NCBI GenBank assembly: GCA_976551045.1 | Contig: CDPCPM010000148.1 | Coordinates: 1,178,001 to 1,242,000, forward strand | Source: Glaucostegus cemiculus | Taxonomy: Eukaryota | Direction of reading: 5' to 3' | Length of the DNA: 64,000 nt | Part shown: positions 23,369 to 37,700 of the stretch, in pieces | How positions within the stretch are numbered: the stretch's first letter is position 1 | How the letters are laid out: every line of letters starts with the position of its first letter | Translations under genes and position numbers: made by a program | Notes under the pieces: generated by a model | What the model was told of the DNA's origin: nothing | The model's input: the letters and a program-made list of their open reading frames with translations, nothing else | Databases searched by the model: none

Positions 23369-23844
23369 AGAGATTCCACCACTAGAATCACGTTCTCCAG
23401 CTCCCTCTGCCACGCACATTCCGCAATTTCCCCGAATTTCCTATTTTATCCTCCTTTCCTGCTCCATATCCCTGTCCAGTCCTGTTTCTATCACGCCTCC
23501 CAATGTATCCGATTCTTACGTTCTGCACTATCGATGTTCCTCATGGTTTGTCTTCTATCAACAGGTCAACCCTCAGAACCTTCCACTCCAGCGGTACGAA
23601 ACACAGCTCAACAAATCTCTGCATGTAACGGATACACTCCAACGCAGGCATCTTCCCACCGAATCAGCCCAAACCATAAACGCGCGTCCACATGGACCAA
23701 TTGATTATTTCTGTCCATCACTTTACAAAAGATAGCCTTGATTAATCGCCATGAAACTGTTGATCTGACTCAGTACATTATTTTTCTGTGTAATCAATTC
23801 ATTAATTTCCGATTGTTCCGTCAGTGTATTTTTTCTATCGCTCC

Positions 23845-24212
23845 ACCTATCTATCTATCGGACTGCCTGTCTATATATTTATCTATGCATCTATCTGTCT
23901 ATTTATTTATCCATCTATNNNNNNNNNNNNNNNNNNNNNNNNNNNNNNNNNNNNNNNNNNNNNNNNNNNNNNNNNNNNNNNNNNNNNNNNNNNNNNNNNN
24001 NNNNNNNNNNNNNNNNNNNNNNNNNNNNNNNNNNNNNNNNNNNNNNNNNNNNNNNNNNNNNNNNNNNNNNNNNNNNNNNNNNNNNNNNNNNNNNNNNNNN
24101 NNNNNNNNNNNNNNNNNNNNNNNNNNTTGTCTCTCGTTCTCTCTGTCTGTCTAACCATCCATCTCTCAATATATAGATTTATCTTTCTGTCTATCTGTCT
24201 GTCTGCTATCTG
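23845..24212. repeat. TCTA/TCTG simple repeat flanking an assembly gap (N 23919-24126)
   Basis: Degenerate tetranucleotide repeat on both sides of the N run. Confidence 0.85.
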
Positions 24213-24424
24213 CCGAGACAAGTTACACCTGAACTGGAGAGGAGCAATATTCTTGCGTTCGGTTTGGCTGGAGCTGTAGGTAGGGTTTATTCTCATTCGA
24301 AAGGGGCTGGATACCCGAGTAACAGGTCAAATCTGGTGCCTTTTCTGTACATGTAGATGCAGTCTGTATAAAGTCTGTGAGGGAGGATAGCCAGTTGAAG
24401 AGAAAAAGTGCAGTCATTTGAATG

Positions 24425-26310
24425 GGCTGAGGTGTGTCTACTTCAGTACCAGACGCATCGGGTACCAGTGTGATGAATTTTGAACATAGGTCAGTACATG
24501 GAGCTACGACGTCATGGCCATTGCATAGACTTGGCTGCCATGAGTACAGAAATGGCGGCTGGATATTCCGGGGCTTAGATATTTCAGAAGGGACAGAGGC
24601 GCAGGTAAATGAGTTGGAGCTGTGGCTTTATGCATCACGGACAGCGTCACAGTTATAGAAAGGGAGGACGTCCTGGAGGGATGGTCGACCGATTCAGCAT
24701 GGGTGGAAGTCAGAAACAGTAATGGAGTAATCACTCCATTGCGAGTAATCTACAGACCCTCCAGTAGCAGCTGAGGCACCGAGGAGCTGAGCAGGAGGAA
24801 CATTTTGAAGTGGTGCAAAAAAATCAGGGTGTTGTTATGGGTGATTTCAACTTCCCCAATATTGACTGCCACAGTCTAAAGGGGAGAGATGGGGGCGGAG
24901 TTTATGTTAGGTGCGTCCAGGAAGGCTTTCTGACACAGTCTGTAGACAGGCACTGGAGGACACAACATACTGGACCTCGTGCTGAGCAGAGAGCCTGATC
25001 AGCCTTCGCATCTCTCGGTGGGAGAGCATTTTGGAGACAGTGAAGAAACCTCCTTGTCTTTAACCCCAGCATTGGAGCGCAGACGATATATGAAAGAAGT
25101 GAATTGGTTAGGGGAGTTATGTGCTGCTCGGCAGGAATTTGGGAGCGTAAATTGCGAACAGATGTTCTTGGGGAAGAATAGAAAGGAAATGTGGAGGTTG
25201 TTTGTGGAATACATGCATAGGTTTTTAGAAAGTATTTACCCGTTCAGGCAGGTTAGGGATGGTAGAGTGAAGGAACCATGGATAACAAGAGAAGCCGTCA
25301 ATCTTGTCAACAAGTAGAAAGAAGCTTACTTTAGATTTAGAAGGCATGTTCGGACAGGGCTCTGGTAAGTTAGAAATTAGCCAGGAGGGAGCTTATGAAT
25401 GGAATTGGGAGGTCACGAAGGGGGCATGAAAAGGGTTTGAGGAGGAGGATGAAATAACACGCCAAGGCCTTATACACATCAGTAAAGAACATGATTAGAG
25501 TCGGGTAGGACAGTTCAGGGATGTAAGAGGAACTATATGCCTGAAGTCGGAAGAATTAGGGGAGGATCTGAAGGAAGATATTGCTTCAGTATTCACCAGT
25601 GAGAGAGACCTTGCCGTTTGCGAGGATGGCGCACAACAGGCTGATTACGCTAGAGCGTGTCGACGTGGGGGCGGAGGATGTGCTCGAAATTCTGAAAAGT
25701 ATCAGGATATAAAAGTCACCGGAGGCGAAGAGGATATATGCAAGGTTATTACGGGAAGCGAGGGAAGAGATTGCTCAGGCTTCAGCGATGATCTTTCCGT
25801 CCTCACCGGCCACAGGAGTAGTGGCAGATTATTGGAGGGCGGCAAATGTTGTTCCTTTGTTGGAGAAAAGTACAGGGACAAATCTGGGAATTTCAGCCCA
25901 GTGAGTCTCATTTTAGTGGGTGGAAAATTAGTGGAAAAGATAGAGACGTGATTTATGAGCATATGGAAAAACATGGACTGTATAGGGACAGTCGGCATGG
26001 ATTTGCGACGACGTGCCTCATAAGCCTGGTTGAATTTTTTGAGGATGAGGCGAAGCTCATTGATGAATCTAGAGCAGTGGGTGTAGTGTACGTGGATCTT
26101 AGTGAGGTGTTCCGCAGGGATCTGCTCGGCGGACACCTGCTCTTTGTGATTCTCTATAAATACATTGGTTGAGGATGTGGAAGGGCGTGCTAGTAATTTT
26201 GCTGATGATACGAATGTTGGTGTTATACATAGTGCAGAATCTTGCTGTAGATTGCACGGAATATTAATAGAATGCAGATATAGGTTGTGAATTGGCAGAG
26301 AGTTCAAACC
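24425..26310 (+). mobile_element. Degraded CR1 LINE ORF2 (APE endonuclease to RT)
   Basis: VVMGDFNFPNID, RVKEPWITRE, SRHGF..CLISLVEFFED..VYVDLSE, FADDT. Internal deletion near 26115. Confidence 0.9.
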
Positions 26311-28500
26311 ATTTAACCGAAAGCTCAATGGAACAATACCTATTATTTTTCGGAGTTTAAACATGACACGGGTTGGGAGAAGCATTACAATATAATAGCG
26401 GGTTGATGATCTTTCCATTTAAATAGAATGGATTTCTTGGTTACTAAGGTAATAAATGCAATCAAAAGACATGCTGCCGCAATTAAATGGCCACAATCTA
26501 TCATTGGTAACCCAAAAATCGCAGAAATAGGTTGAGGTTGTAAATCTATACTAAATACCGCTGAAGTAATATTCAAAATATCCTCCTAATATTTTTTTTT
26601 TCCTAACGTGGCAGGACAAGAACATTTGTGTCAGGGAAGCCACCTCATAATTACATCAATCACAGCTAGTATTTATGTGGTTTTGAAAACGAGCTAACTT
26701 ATCCTTAAACATCTGTGTCCCATGAACCACGTTAAACTGTATTGAAAAGTGTCCAGCACACATTGAAGAGCTACTAACTGATTGGAGAATTATCTTACAT
26801 GTCCCTGGAGGTAGAACCATCTGAAGTTCCCTTTCCTATTCATTACTTTTCTTCTCAGATATGTCTAAACGTATTTTCATAATCAGATCATAAATTATTG
26901 CTGTCCAGCAGTTCTGATAAGTGTTAAAACCTATTTTTCCCTGGAATTCCAATTTGATGTGGTATCGGAAAACTTGGTATCGGAACATTTAAAAACTACC
27001 AAATCTGTAAATATCAAAACAATGTGATATAAGCAAATTGTATTTGTTAGAGAGCTGTTCAAAGGATAAGACACAGTTTCGAGGAATAGATCACGAATAC
27101 ATGTTATTCCCTTCGTTTTCCATAAAAGGCAAGCTGATCAATTCCAGATGGTTGAAAAATGAACAAAATAGGGCTTGATGAGATAAATCAGTCAAATCCC
27201 AAAAATTGCGAAATTGAAGCATTTTCGTATTGTGTGTCTAGTTGTTGGATTAATAATTTGTTTCTTCAATTTAGTAAGTGCAAAGGGGAAGGACGCCCTT
27301 GAAACAGAAGCCAATGAAAACCCTTGCACTGACCCGCACTCGAGGTACTCCCATCGTGGACGTTGAATTACATCTAATACTTGTGTCCAAAAGATTAAAT
27401 ATCGAATATTAATCACCAGTAGTAAAACTTACAGTTAGGCAAAGCTGTCACCCTTTTTTAAATTTCCGTTAAAATTTCTGACTTCAACTTTGGATTTTTT
27501 TCTGCCATATATGTGAAAGAATTTCGAATCAATAATGTCACAAAATATATTTGTAGATAAAGTTTGGAATCGCCTGAAATAGATGCAGGAACTTGGGTAA
27601 AATAGCATTGATTCGAACAATCAATGATAGGAACAATGGGGACCATTTATAAAGCAATTGTTTAACATGAGCAAATAAGGGTAAAAGGTTAACTTTAAAT
27701 GTGTCCTTATACTTCCTGGTCATTTTAACAGCCAAATAAGTAAAATAACCAGTCATTAATCTGAATGGCGATTGCCTGCAGATTGGATCTTACATACTTA
27801 ATGGGAAAAGTTCACTCTTATTAAGATTTAATTTATAGCCAGACAAACCACTAAACTAATCAAGCAGTGATCAGACAGCGGGACTGGATGTCATAGGTTT
27901 ACTGATATAAAGTAAAACGTCATCTGCAGATCATGATACCGTCTGCGCCCCATCTCCACGAATACGACCAGCTATGTTGGAAGAGTAACGAAGAGCAATT
28001 TCCAAGGGTTCCAAGGCAATATTAAGTAGTAAAGGACTTTAGGGGCAACCCTGTCTAGTATCTGGAAAAGATTTAAAAAGGAGGGTGTCTGATTACTGGT
28101 GAGTATAGAAGCCAAAGGTGTATAATATATTAATGTAATCGCGGATATAAAATTTTGGCAGTACATTTTCCAGTCTAGTAGCCAATATTTTGGGGGAAAA
28201 AAATGCAGTCCACATTCAATAATGAAATAGGTCCTTTTGTGCACATTCAGCAGGATCTTTAAATTTTCTAAGAATTAAGGAAATAGATGTTTTATGAATG
28301 GATTGCCGTATGTCACCTGCAGATAAGGCATCTTTAAAATGTTTAAATATCCAGGGAGAAAGATGAGATAAAGATATTAAAAATTCTACTGTATATCGAT
28401 CGAGACCAGGTCTATGGTTCTGATACAACTATTTTATGATTAGTTCGTTTTTTTTTTAACCGAGCAGAAAATGACAATTTCACCAAGGATATAAAGTTTA
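26310..28500 (-). mobile_element. L1/Tx1-type LINE ORF2, 3' part
   Basis: AT-rich. PGLDRYTVEF..SISLILRKFKDPAEC and WSPLFLSLIVRINAILPKFLHLFQAIP. Confidence 0.85.
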
Positions 28501-28521
28501 AAGGTATCCGCAATATCCAGA

Positions 28522-29132
28522 GAAACATAGAACTTCAGAACAATATATCACAATAAGGCCCTTCGGTCCACTATGTTGTGCCGCCCTTTAAACCACGCCT
28601 AAGGCTATCTAACTTCTTCCTGCCAAATATGCTTCCATTTTAAATTCCGGCATATGCTTATCTAACATTATCTAGAACGAGACAAACGTATCAGCCTCCA
28701 CCACCACAACTGGCAGCGCATTCAATGCAACAACCACTTCCTGGGTGTATAACCTCCCTAGGACATCTCCCTTGAACTTTCCAACCATTACCACAAAGAC
28801 TCTTGTATTCAGCGTTGGTGCCTTGGGAAGGAGGCGCAGGATGTCCACTCCAGCTATTCCTCTTAGTATTTTGCATACCTCTATCATTCCTCCCCTCATC
28901 CCTGTCCGTTCCATTGAGTATACTCCTAACTCCTTTAGTCTCTCCTGATAATCTATACTCTACAATCCAGGCAGAATCCTAGGAAATCTCCTCTGCACTA
29001 TTTCCAACGCTATCACATTCTTTGCGTAATGAGGTGACCACAATTGGACACAATATTCCAAATATGGTCAAACAAGAGTTTTGTAGAGCGGCACCATTAA
29101 CTCGCGGCTCGATCCCATGAATTATGAATGCT
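28522..29132 (-). mobile_element. CR1 3' end nested in L1 (continues at 32566-32690)
   Basis: MRGGMIEVCKILRGI..FKGDVLGRLYTQEVVVALNALP and the reverse-complemented CR1 tail GGCCCTTCGGTCCA. Confidence 0.85.
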
Positions 29133-29134
29133 GA

Positions 29135-32100
29135 TATGTTGGTATGTTGCCTCCCGGGTGCCAGGGTCCAGGATGTAACTGCTCGGGTCCACAGGATTCT
29201 TGAGTGAGAGGGTGAGCAGCCAGAAGTCGTGGTGCATGTTGGCACCAATGACATAGGCAGGAAGGGGGATGAGGTCCTGAAGAGAGTTAGGCAGGAGAAT
29301 GAGGAACAGGACCTCTGGGGTAGTGATGCCAGGATTGCTGCCGGTGCCACGCGATAGTGAAGGCAGGAACAGGAGGAGGTGGCAGATAAATGCGTGTCTG
29401 AGAAGTTGGTGCAGGAGGGAGGGTTTTTGATTTCTGGATCATTGGGATCTCTTCTCTGGAAGGTGGGACCTGTACAGACAGGACGGGTTACACCCGAACC
29501 AGAAGGGGGCCAATATCCTTGCGGTTAGGTTTGCTAGAGTGGTTGCGGAGTGTTTAAACTACTTTGTGAGGGGGATGGGAATCGGAGGAGTAGGGCAGAG
29601 GAAGTAAGGGATGGACAAGAGCTGGATCGAGCAGGAAGAGAGGCTTTGGGGAAGGAGAGGCAGGGTGCAGGCTATAAAAGTGGTAAAGTGGATGGACTAA
29701 AGTGTGTTTACTTTAATGCGAGAAGTGTCAGGAACAAGGGAGATGAATTGAGGGCTTGGTTAAGTATGGGGGACTATGATATCGTAGCTGTAACTGAGAC
29801 GTGGCTGTTGTCGGGACAGGAGTGGATATTGAACATTCCTGGTTTTCAGTGTTTTAAAAGGGATAGAGAAGGGGGAGAAGAGGAGGAGGGGTGGCAATAT
29901 CGGTCAGGGACGATGTTACGGCTGCGGAAAGGGTGGATTTTGTGGAAGGATCCTCTCGAGTCAGTGTGGGTGGAAGTGAGGAACAGGAAAGGTGCGGTTA
30001 CGCTTCTGGGAGTATACTTTAGGCCCCCCGGCAGCAGGAGAGATATAGAGGATCAGATTGGCAGGCAGTGTTTGGACAGAAGCAAAAATAATAGGGTTGT
30101 AATAATGGGTGATTTCAACTTCCCAAATATAGACTGGGATATGCTCAGTGCCAAAGGTTTAGATGGGAACGAGTTTATTAAGTGTGTCCAAGGATGGATT
30201 CCTGACGCAGTATGTTGACAGACCGACTAGAGGGAATGCAGTGTTGGATCTGTTTTATGAAATGAACCGGGACAGGTGAGGGATCTACTGGTGGGTGAGC
30301 ATTTGGGGGACTGTGATCATTGCTCGATAAGGTTTAGAATTATCATGGACAGCGATAGGTGCAGAGAGGACAGGAAGATATTTAATTGGGGAAGGGCGGA
30401 CTATGAGGCTATAAGGAAAGAACTTGAGAGTATAAATTGGGAAGTCCTTTATGAGGGGAAGTGTACTGCGGAGATGTGGACGTTGTTCCGGGATGTTTTA
30501 CAGGATGTTAGGGATAAATATGTCCCTGCAAGACGGAGGAGGAATGGCAGGGTGAAGGAACCGTGGGTGACGAGAGAGGTGGAACGTATGGTTAGGAGGA
30601 AGAAGGCGGCTTACGTAACATGTAAGCGGCAAGGCTCGACCGTGGCCCTTGAGAAATATAGTATAGTGAGGAAGGAACTTAAGATAAGAGCTGAGGAGAG
30701 CGAGAAGGGGACATGAAATGATGTTTGCTCGCAGGGTTAAGGAAAATCCCAAGGCTTTTTTTCTGATATGTGAAGGGCAGAAGGATGGCTGGGTTGAAGG
30801 TAGGTCCGATTAAGGATACGGGTGGGAGGATGTGCCTGGAGGCGGCAGAAATAGGGGTGGAACTGAATGAATACTTCTCTTCTGTATTCACCAAGGAGAG
30901 GGGTCTGGATGACGAGATAGAGAGTGCTGGAAAGGGTAATGTTCTTGAGTATGTAGCTATCGAGAGGGAGGAGGTGTTGAAATTGTTAAGTAATATCAAG
31001 ATGGATAAGTCTCTGGGGCCTGACGGAATATTCCCCAGGCTGCTTCGAGAGGCGAGGGAGGAGATTGTTGATCCGCTGGTGAGGATCTTTGAGTCCTCGA
31101 TATCCACGGGGATGGTGCCGGAGGATTGACGGGTTGCGGATGTTGTTCCCTTGTTTAAGAAAGGTAGTAGGGATAGTCCGGGAAATTACAGACAGGTGAG
31201 TCTCACGTTTGTCAAGGTAAGCTGTTAGAAAGGATTCTGAGGGATGGGATTTATGTGCACCTGGAGAGTCACAGACTGATTAGGGACAGTCAGCATGGCT
31301 TTGTGAAAGGAAGATCTTGCCTCACGAGCCTGATAGAATTCTTTGAGGAAGTGACGAGGAAGCTTGATGAGGGCAGGGCGGTGGATGTAGTCTATATGGA
31401 TTTTAGTAAGGCGTTCGGTAAGGTTCCTCATGGCAGGCTTCTTCAGAAGGTCAGAGGTCGGGGCAACCAAGGGAGGTTGGCTGTGTGGATCAGGAATTGG
31501 CTTTCCTGTAGAAAGCAGAGGGTTGTGGTGGAGGGTGCGCCCCCGGATAAGAGGGCCGTGACTAGTGGTGTCCCGCAGGGATCGGTTCTGGGCCCTCTAC
31601 TCTTTGTTATATTTATAGATGACAGATGAAGGAGTGGAAGGATGGGTTGGAAAGTTTGCAGATGACACCAAGATCGGTGGCGTGGTAGATAGTGTGGAGC
31701 ACTGTAACAGCTTACAGAGGGATATTGATAGAATGCAGAGCTGGGCAGACAGGTGGCAGATGGAGTTTAATCGGGAGAAGTGTGAGGTGGGCACTTTGGT
31801 AGGACAAACTCCAGGGCAGAGTATGAGGTAAATGGCAAGGTACTTGGCAGTGTAGAGGAGCAGAGGGATCTAGGGGTTTATATCCACAGTACACTCAAAG
31901 TTGCCTCTCAGGTCGATAGGTCAGTTAAGAAGGCTTATGGGATGTTAGCTTTTATAAATCGTGGGATTGAGTTCAAGAGCAAAGAGGTGATGATGCTGCT
32001 TTATAAAACTCTAGTTAGTCCGCACTTAGAATATTGTGTTCAGTTCTGGTCGCCGCATTATAGGAAGGATTTGGAGGCGTTGGAGAGGGCACAGAGACGA

Positions 32101-32565
32101 TTTACAATGATGCCGCCTGGATTAGAGGGTATGGAATATGAGGAGAGGCTTCAGGTGCTAGGTCTCTACTCATTGGAGAGGAGGAGGATGAGAGGGGACT
32201 TGGTAAAGCTGGATAAGATATTGAGAGGAATAGATAGAGTTAATTGTCAGCGCCTCTTTCCCAGAGCGCAGATGCTCAAGACGAGAGGGCATGGCTATAA
32301 GATATTGGGTGGAGAGTTTAGGGGCGATGTCAGAGGGAAGTGTTCACGCAGAGAGTGTTTGGCGCATGGAATGCGCTGCCTGGGGTGGTAGTAGAGGCAG
32401 ATACGATGGACAGGTTCAAGAGATTGTTAGATAGGCACATGGAAGAATGCGGGTAGTAGGATATGTGGGAGGAAAGAGTTAGATTGTGAGATATTTGAAG
32501 GATGGCATAACTTGGTGGGCCGAAGGGCCTGTTTTCTGCTGTAAGGTTTTGTGTTCTGTGTTCTA
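29135..32565 (+). mobile_element. Near full-length CR1 LINE (ORF1 SGNH esterase C-terminal part plus ORF2 APE-RT), frameshifted
   Basis: CCLPGARVQDV..VVHVGTNDIG; YFNARSVRNK..VTETW..MGDFNFP; SQHGFVKGRSCLTSL..GVPQGSVLGP..KFADDTK; tail GGGCCGAAGGGCCTGTT...(TGTTCT)n. Confidence 0.95.
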
Positions 32566-32690
32566 ACAACCCATAAGCTTCCTTAACTCCCTATCCAACT
32601 GTGAAGCAACTTTCGTTGATCTGTGAATATAAACCCCCATATACCTCAGCTCCTCCAGACTCCCCAGAATGCTGCAATTACCTGTTCTAA
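32566..32690 (-). mobile_element. Continuation of the CR1 at 28522-29132
   Basis: ILGSLEELRYMGVYIHRSTKVASQLDR joins the fragment broken at about 29132. Confidence 0.8.
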
Positions 32691-32759
32691 TGGGGGCGGG
32701 GTCAGTGACTCCCTCCCGATGTGCAGTAACCACATAACTCTCTCCCTCCCTGATGCTTC

Positions 32760-34740
32760 GCAGTGTAAGATATCCCACTGGAAATTTGTTCCGTAGTTAG
32801 TAGAAAAGAAAAAGACAAGATGCTCCTTAGAAAAATTAACAAAGTATAAATACCTCGCAGAGAAGAATTAAACCGCCATTTGCTGGCACCAGTAATTAAG
32901 TCCGATAATTTTATTGATAATTGCAATGGTGGGTATTCGGAAAAGGCAATTGTATCGCACTTACAATCAGTAAGAGAAGGAACTAATCGAGATTCCATAA
33001 ACAATCAATTCCAGAGTTATTGTGATAAACATAGGAATAGAATGAAAACTCTATATCGTTAGGGTGTGGAGACCTCCAAACTTCGAGAATTCCGGAACAA
33101 ATAAAAAGAATTAACCAAGACAGCGGATTTGTTCAGAGGTAGTTGATTCGACACTGACCGATCCATCGAAGGGTTCAAACAACAGTTGAAGTCTCATCCC
33201 ATAATCAACATATATTCGTTGAAATTAGGAGGAGATGCAAATAATTGTTTGATGGACTGGGGAGAATCAACGTTAGGTGCAAAAACATTAACCATAACAT
33301 ATTTTTCTTTATGAAGTAAACCAGTAATTATTAAAAAATCTACCGGTCGGGTCTGAAATTGTTTCGTAATAAACAAATGAAATCGGGGAGTCTGTAAAAA
33401 TAGAAACACCTTTCACCTGAGCTTGTGAATTAGAGTGGAACTGTTGACATTTCCAAAACATAAAATTACGCTAATTAACCTGCTTGTTAGTATGAGTCTC
33501 CTGAGCAAAGATAATCCTGCGTTCAATCAATGGAAAACTTTATAAAATCTTCCGTTTAATCAGATGGTTTCAACCAAACGTATTCCAAGAAACAAAGTTA
33601 ATTATATTACCCATTTTACTTAACTAAAGTATATGGTATGTAAAGGGTTAACCTTGCTGTACATGAGACTCATTCATCAGGAAGAGGGAAAAAATTCAGA
33701 GGAGCCGGATGTGAGGACAGTTCAGAAATATTTGCAGTTTTAGATCAGTCCAGAAAGAATAAAATTAAACACGAATATCCTCACCACCCCACCCACAAGA
33801 GCCAGACAACTGGCCAATAGACGGCCAGAAAGCTGGCTACAAAACCTCTTAACCACACTTCTGTTGACGGCAAATCTCCAAATTCAAAGGAATGCAAGAC
33901 ACCACCATTCGTCAAAACTTTGAGGTGGAAGTACCAAAACCATTCGGAACATATAAACATGTGGAGAAGACACAGTTACAAATTCTAAAAGGCGACATTT
34001 AAAAATATATATTCTTACCAATATTTCAAACGAGAAAAAAATCAACAAATCAGATTCTTAATTATATCAAAAATAATCAATGAAAATAATGACGTAAAAT
34101 AATAAAAGAAAAGAATCGTAAGATGAAAGCATGACATGCATACATAATCCAAAACCAAACATGATAGTGTTAACGAAGGGGAAACAATCTTCTGTCTTAA
34201 AAAAAAATCAGATAGTTATTAATTTGTAGACCAAATAAGTAAAAAAGTGAAAGAATAGCCATCTGGAGACGGAATATTACTGGCCGTGTTTTTTTTTTCT
34301 CTTCAGGGGGGTTAGGTCTTAAAGCTCGACGAGCAGATTCGAGCGTAGGACGAGCAGAAAAATACTTCAGATTCCAACACGTCCATCAAAAATTTGGAAA
34401 ATAATTCAATAGGATTACCAATTTCGACATCTTCACTGAAACCAATTATCCACAGGTTTCTGTATCAGACTTCGACTTTCGAAGTCAACAATATTCTGAC
34501 TGTACAGTTCAATTCCTTAACTGGTCGAAGCTTATTTCCTTTCCAATGAGTCCAATCCACAATGTTTTTGTCTGTCAGTTTCACCCAGTTCCGAAATCAG
34601 TTTCGGTTGCTTGGTATTTTCCTGTTTTGGTGCTGTAAATCTCCTTGAATAACACGTCCAAAGTGGATTTTTTCCTTTTTTCTCATCCAGGAGTTTAGAG
34701 AGAGTTTCCAAAGTGAGTGGAGGTTCTCCAGACACCTTGC
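32760..34740 (-). mobile_element. L1/Tx1-type LINE 5' part (ORF1 remnant and endonuclease)
   Basis: LIITGLLHKEKYVMVNVFAPNVDSP..LIMG. ORF1-like NLWIIGFSEDVE near 34400-34460. Probably the 5' half of the element at 26310-28500. Confidence 0.8.
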
Positions 34741-34754
34741 ATTCAGCAAGAACC

Positions 34755-37700
34755 AGAGAAAACTACAGCACAGTGAACAGGCCATTCGGTCCTTCTCGTC
34801 TGTGCCTAAACATTATTCTGCTAGTCTCATTTACCTGCACCCAGTCCATACCCCTCCAGACCTCTCTCGTCCACCTATCTATCCAATTTACTCTTAAAAT
34901 TTAAGAGTGAGCCCGCATTTCCTACTTCAGATGGCAGCCCGTTCCACACTCCCAACACTCTTTGAGTGAATAAATTCCTCATAATGTTCCTCCTAAATTG
35001 TTCGCCTTTCACTGTAAAGCCATGTCCTCTCGGACTTATCTCTCCGAATTTAGGTGGAAAGAGCCTACTCGCATTAACTCTTTGTCTAGGCCTATATTCA
35101 TCTTTTAAACCTCTATCATATCTCCCCTGATTCTTCCCCGCTCCAAGGATTAAAGTCCTAACGTGCTCAATCTTTCCCTGTAACTCAACTCTTGAAGACC
35201 CGGTAACATTCTAGTAAACCTTCTTTGAACTCTTTCAATCTTACAGGCATACCTCCTGTAGTTCGGAGACCAGAACTGCACACAATATTCCAAATCTGGT
35301 CTCACCAATGACTTGTACAACTTCACCAAAACATTCCAACTACTATACTCAGTACCTTGATTTGTAAATTCAAGATTCAAGATTCAAGATTGCTTTATTG
35401 TCATTGAGCCGTTGAGACAACAGAACAACAGGATTTCATTGGCACTCCCATATCAGACAATAGGTACAGTACTTAAAAATTAAATAAATAGAGAATAAAT
35501 TAAGTTAGAGTTTACACTGTAGCCGGAAAAGAACTATGCAATCTGTGAAATTTAAAATCCTTGTTTAAGATTTTCACGGCATTGGGAAAGAAGCTATTCC
35601 TCAATCTGGTCGTGGATGTGTGGAATGTCCTGAAGCGTTTTTTTTATGGGAGCAGACTGAAGAGGTGATGGTCCGGGTGGGAAGATTCCTTAATGATGTT
35701 TGTAGCCTTATTCAGTCACCGGGACTCATAAATGTCCGCCAATGCGGGTAGGCGCACCCTTGTGATCTTCCGTGCCGTGTCAGTCACCCGCTGTAAGCCT
35801 TTCCTCTCTTTGTTGGTACAGCTGGCATACCAGGCAGTGATGCCATATGTCAGAATGCTCTCTATCGCACACCTATAGAAATTGACCAGGATGCCTGTTG
35901 ACAAGTATTCAATCTTCAGCTGCCGTAGGAAGTACAGATGCTGTTGCGCCTTTCTGATGCTTAATGTAGAGTGAGTTCCCCAGGAGAGGTCTTCGGTGAT
36001 GTGAGTCCCCAGGAATTTGAAGCTTGAAACTCTCTCTACTGCCACGATGCCACGATGACAAAAACTTTGTTTACAACCCTGTCCAACTCTGACTCTACTT
36101 TCATGGAATTATGTATCTGAACTCCCAGATCCCTTTGTTCCTCCGCACTCCTCAGTGCCCTACCATTTACTCTGTATGTCCTCCCTTGATTTGTCCTCGC
36201 AAAATGCAAAACCTCACACTTGTCTGCATTAAATTCCACATGCCGTTTTCTGGACAATTTGTTCATTTGGTTCAGATCCCTATGCAAGCTTTTAAAGCCT
36301 TCCTCTCTGTCCACTACACCGCCAATCTTAGTGCATTCCACAAATTTACTAATCCAATTTTCCACATTACCGTCAAGAACATTGATATATGCAACAGACA
36401 ACAATTTCCCGACACAGATCTCCGACGCACACCACGAGTCACAGGCCTCCAATCTGAGAAACAACCATCCAACCACTCTCTGTCTTCTCCCGGTCATCCA
36501 ATTTCGAATCCAGTTTACAAACTTTCCATGGATACCCATTGACTGAAGCTTCTGAAATAATCTCCCATGTTAGACCATTTCAAAGGCCTTACTAAAGTCC
36601 ATGTAGACTACATCCATAGCCTTTCTTTCATCTACTTTGTTAGTGACCTCCTCACAAAAACTCCACATGATTCGTTAAACACGATCTGCCTCGCACAAAG
36701 CCATGCTGACTATCCTTAATCAGCCTGTGGCTGTTCAAATACTTGTGCATTCGATCTATCAGAAAACCTTCCAATAATTTACCTACTACTGATGTCAGGC
36801 TCACTGACCTCTAATTACCTGGTTTACTCTTCGAGACTTTCTGAATCAATGGAATAACGTAAGCTATCCTCCAGTCCTCCGGCACAGTACCCGTGGCTAA
36901 GGATATTTTAAATATATCTGCCAGGGCCCCTGAAATTTCTACACTAGTCTCTCTCCAGTTCCAAGGAAATATCTTGTCAGGCCCTGAGGATGTATCTGTC
37001 TTTATTCGCTGTAAAGCAGCAAGTACCTCCTCCTTTTTAATCTTCCACGACACTCGTGCTTGTTTCCCGTCCTTCCGTCCACGATGCCAGTTTCCTGAGT
37101 AAATACTGATGAAAAAATCTGTTTAGGACCTCCCCCACCACCTGAGGCTCCACACATATACGACCACTCTGAGCTCCTTGGGGACTAATTATGTTCCTTA
37201 CGATCCTTTTGCTCTTAAAATACCTGCACAAACCGTTTGGGTTTACCTTCATATCATCTGCCAAAGCAACCTCATCTCTTCTTGTTGCCGTCCTGATTTC
37301 CCTTTTACGTATTTTCTTACATTTGCTGCACTCTTCAATTACCTCATCCGTTCCTAGTTGCCTATACCTGCTGTGCGCCCACCAATATCCCTTGAAAACC
37401 AAGGATCCCTCTGTTTATTACAAAACCTGCTGCTCTTTGGTTTCTGCTAGACATTTCCAGCAGTTAAAGATCAAAATCCAATCTTATAAAAGTATAACTT
37501 ATACTTTAACATAGTTAGTGAAAGGGTCGTGTAAAGAAATTAAAAGTGGGAGGAGCAGTGCAAAGATGCACCTACTGCTTATAGCGCCACCAAGAGAGTC
37601 CCCTCTGCATCCAAACATAGAAAACTTCTTTATCCTTAAGTGGCCCTACCCTTTTCCTCGTTATCCTTTTGTTCATGACGGAGCGAGACAATGCCATTGG

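Larger units (their letters stand above)
19590..23815 (+). repeat. Segmental duplication, copy 1 (paralogous to about 38705-41985)
   Basis: Shared colinear non-coding strings such as TTGGTATTTGCTTTTTATTATC, CATGTTGGATTCGTGCGGATGTG, TCGCATCGGATTCTCTTGCATTTTGTCAA and CACTCCAACGCAGGCA, plus the GPCR gene. Confidence 0.92.

Noticed and set aside
23738-24296. ORFs spanning N runs (also 5375-5707)
   Set aside because: They are open only because of assembly gaps and simple repeats.
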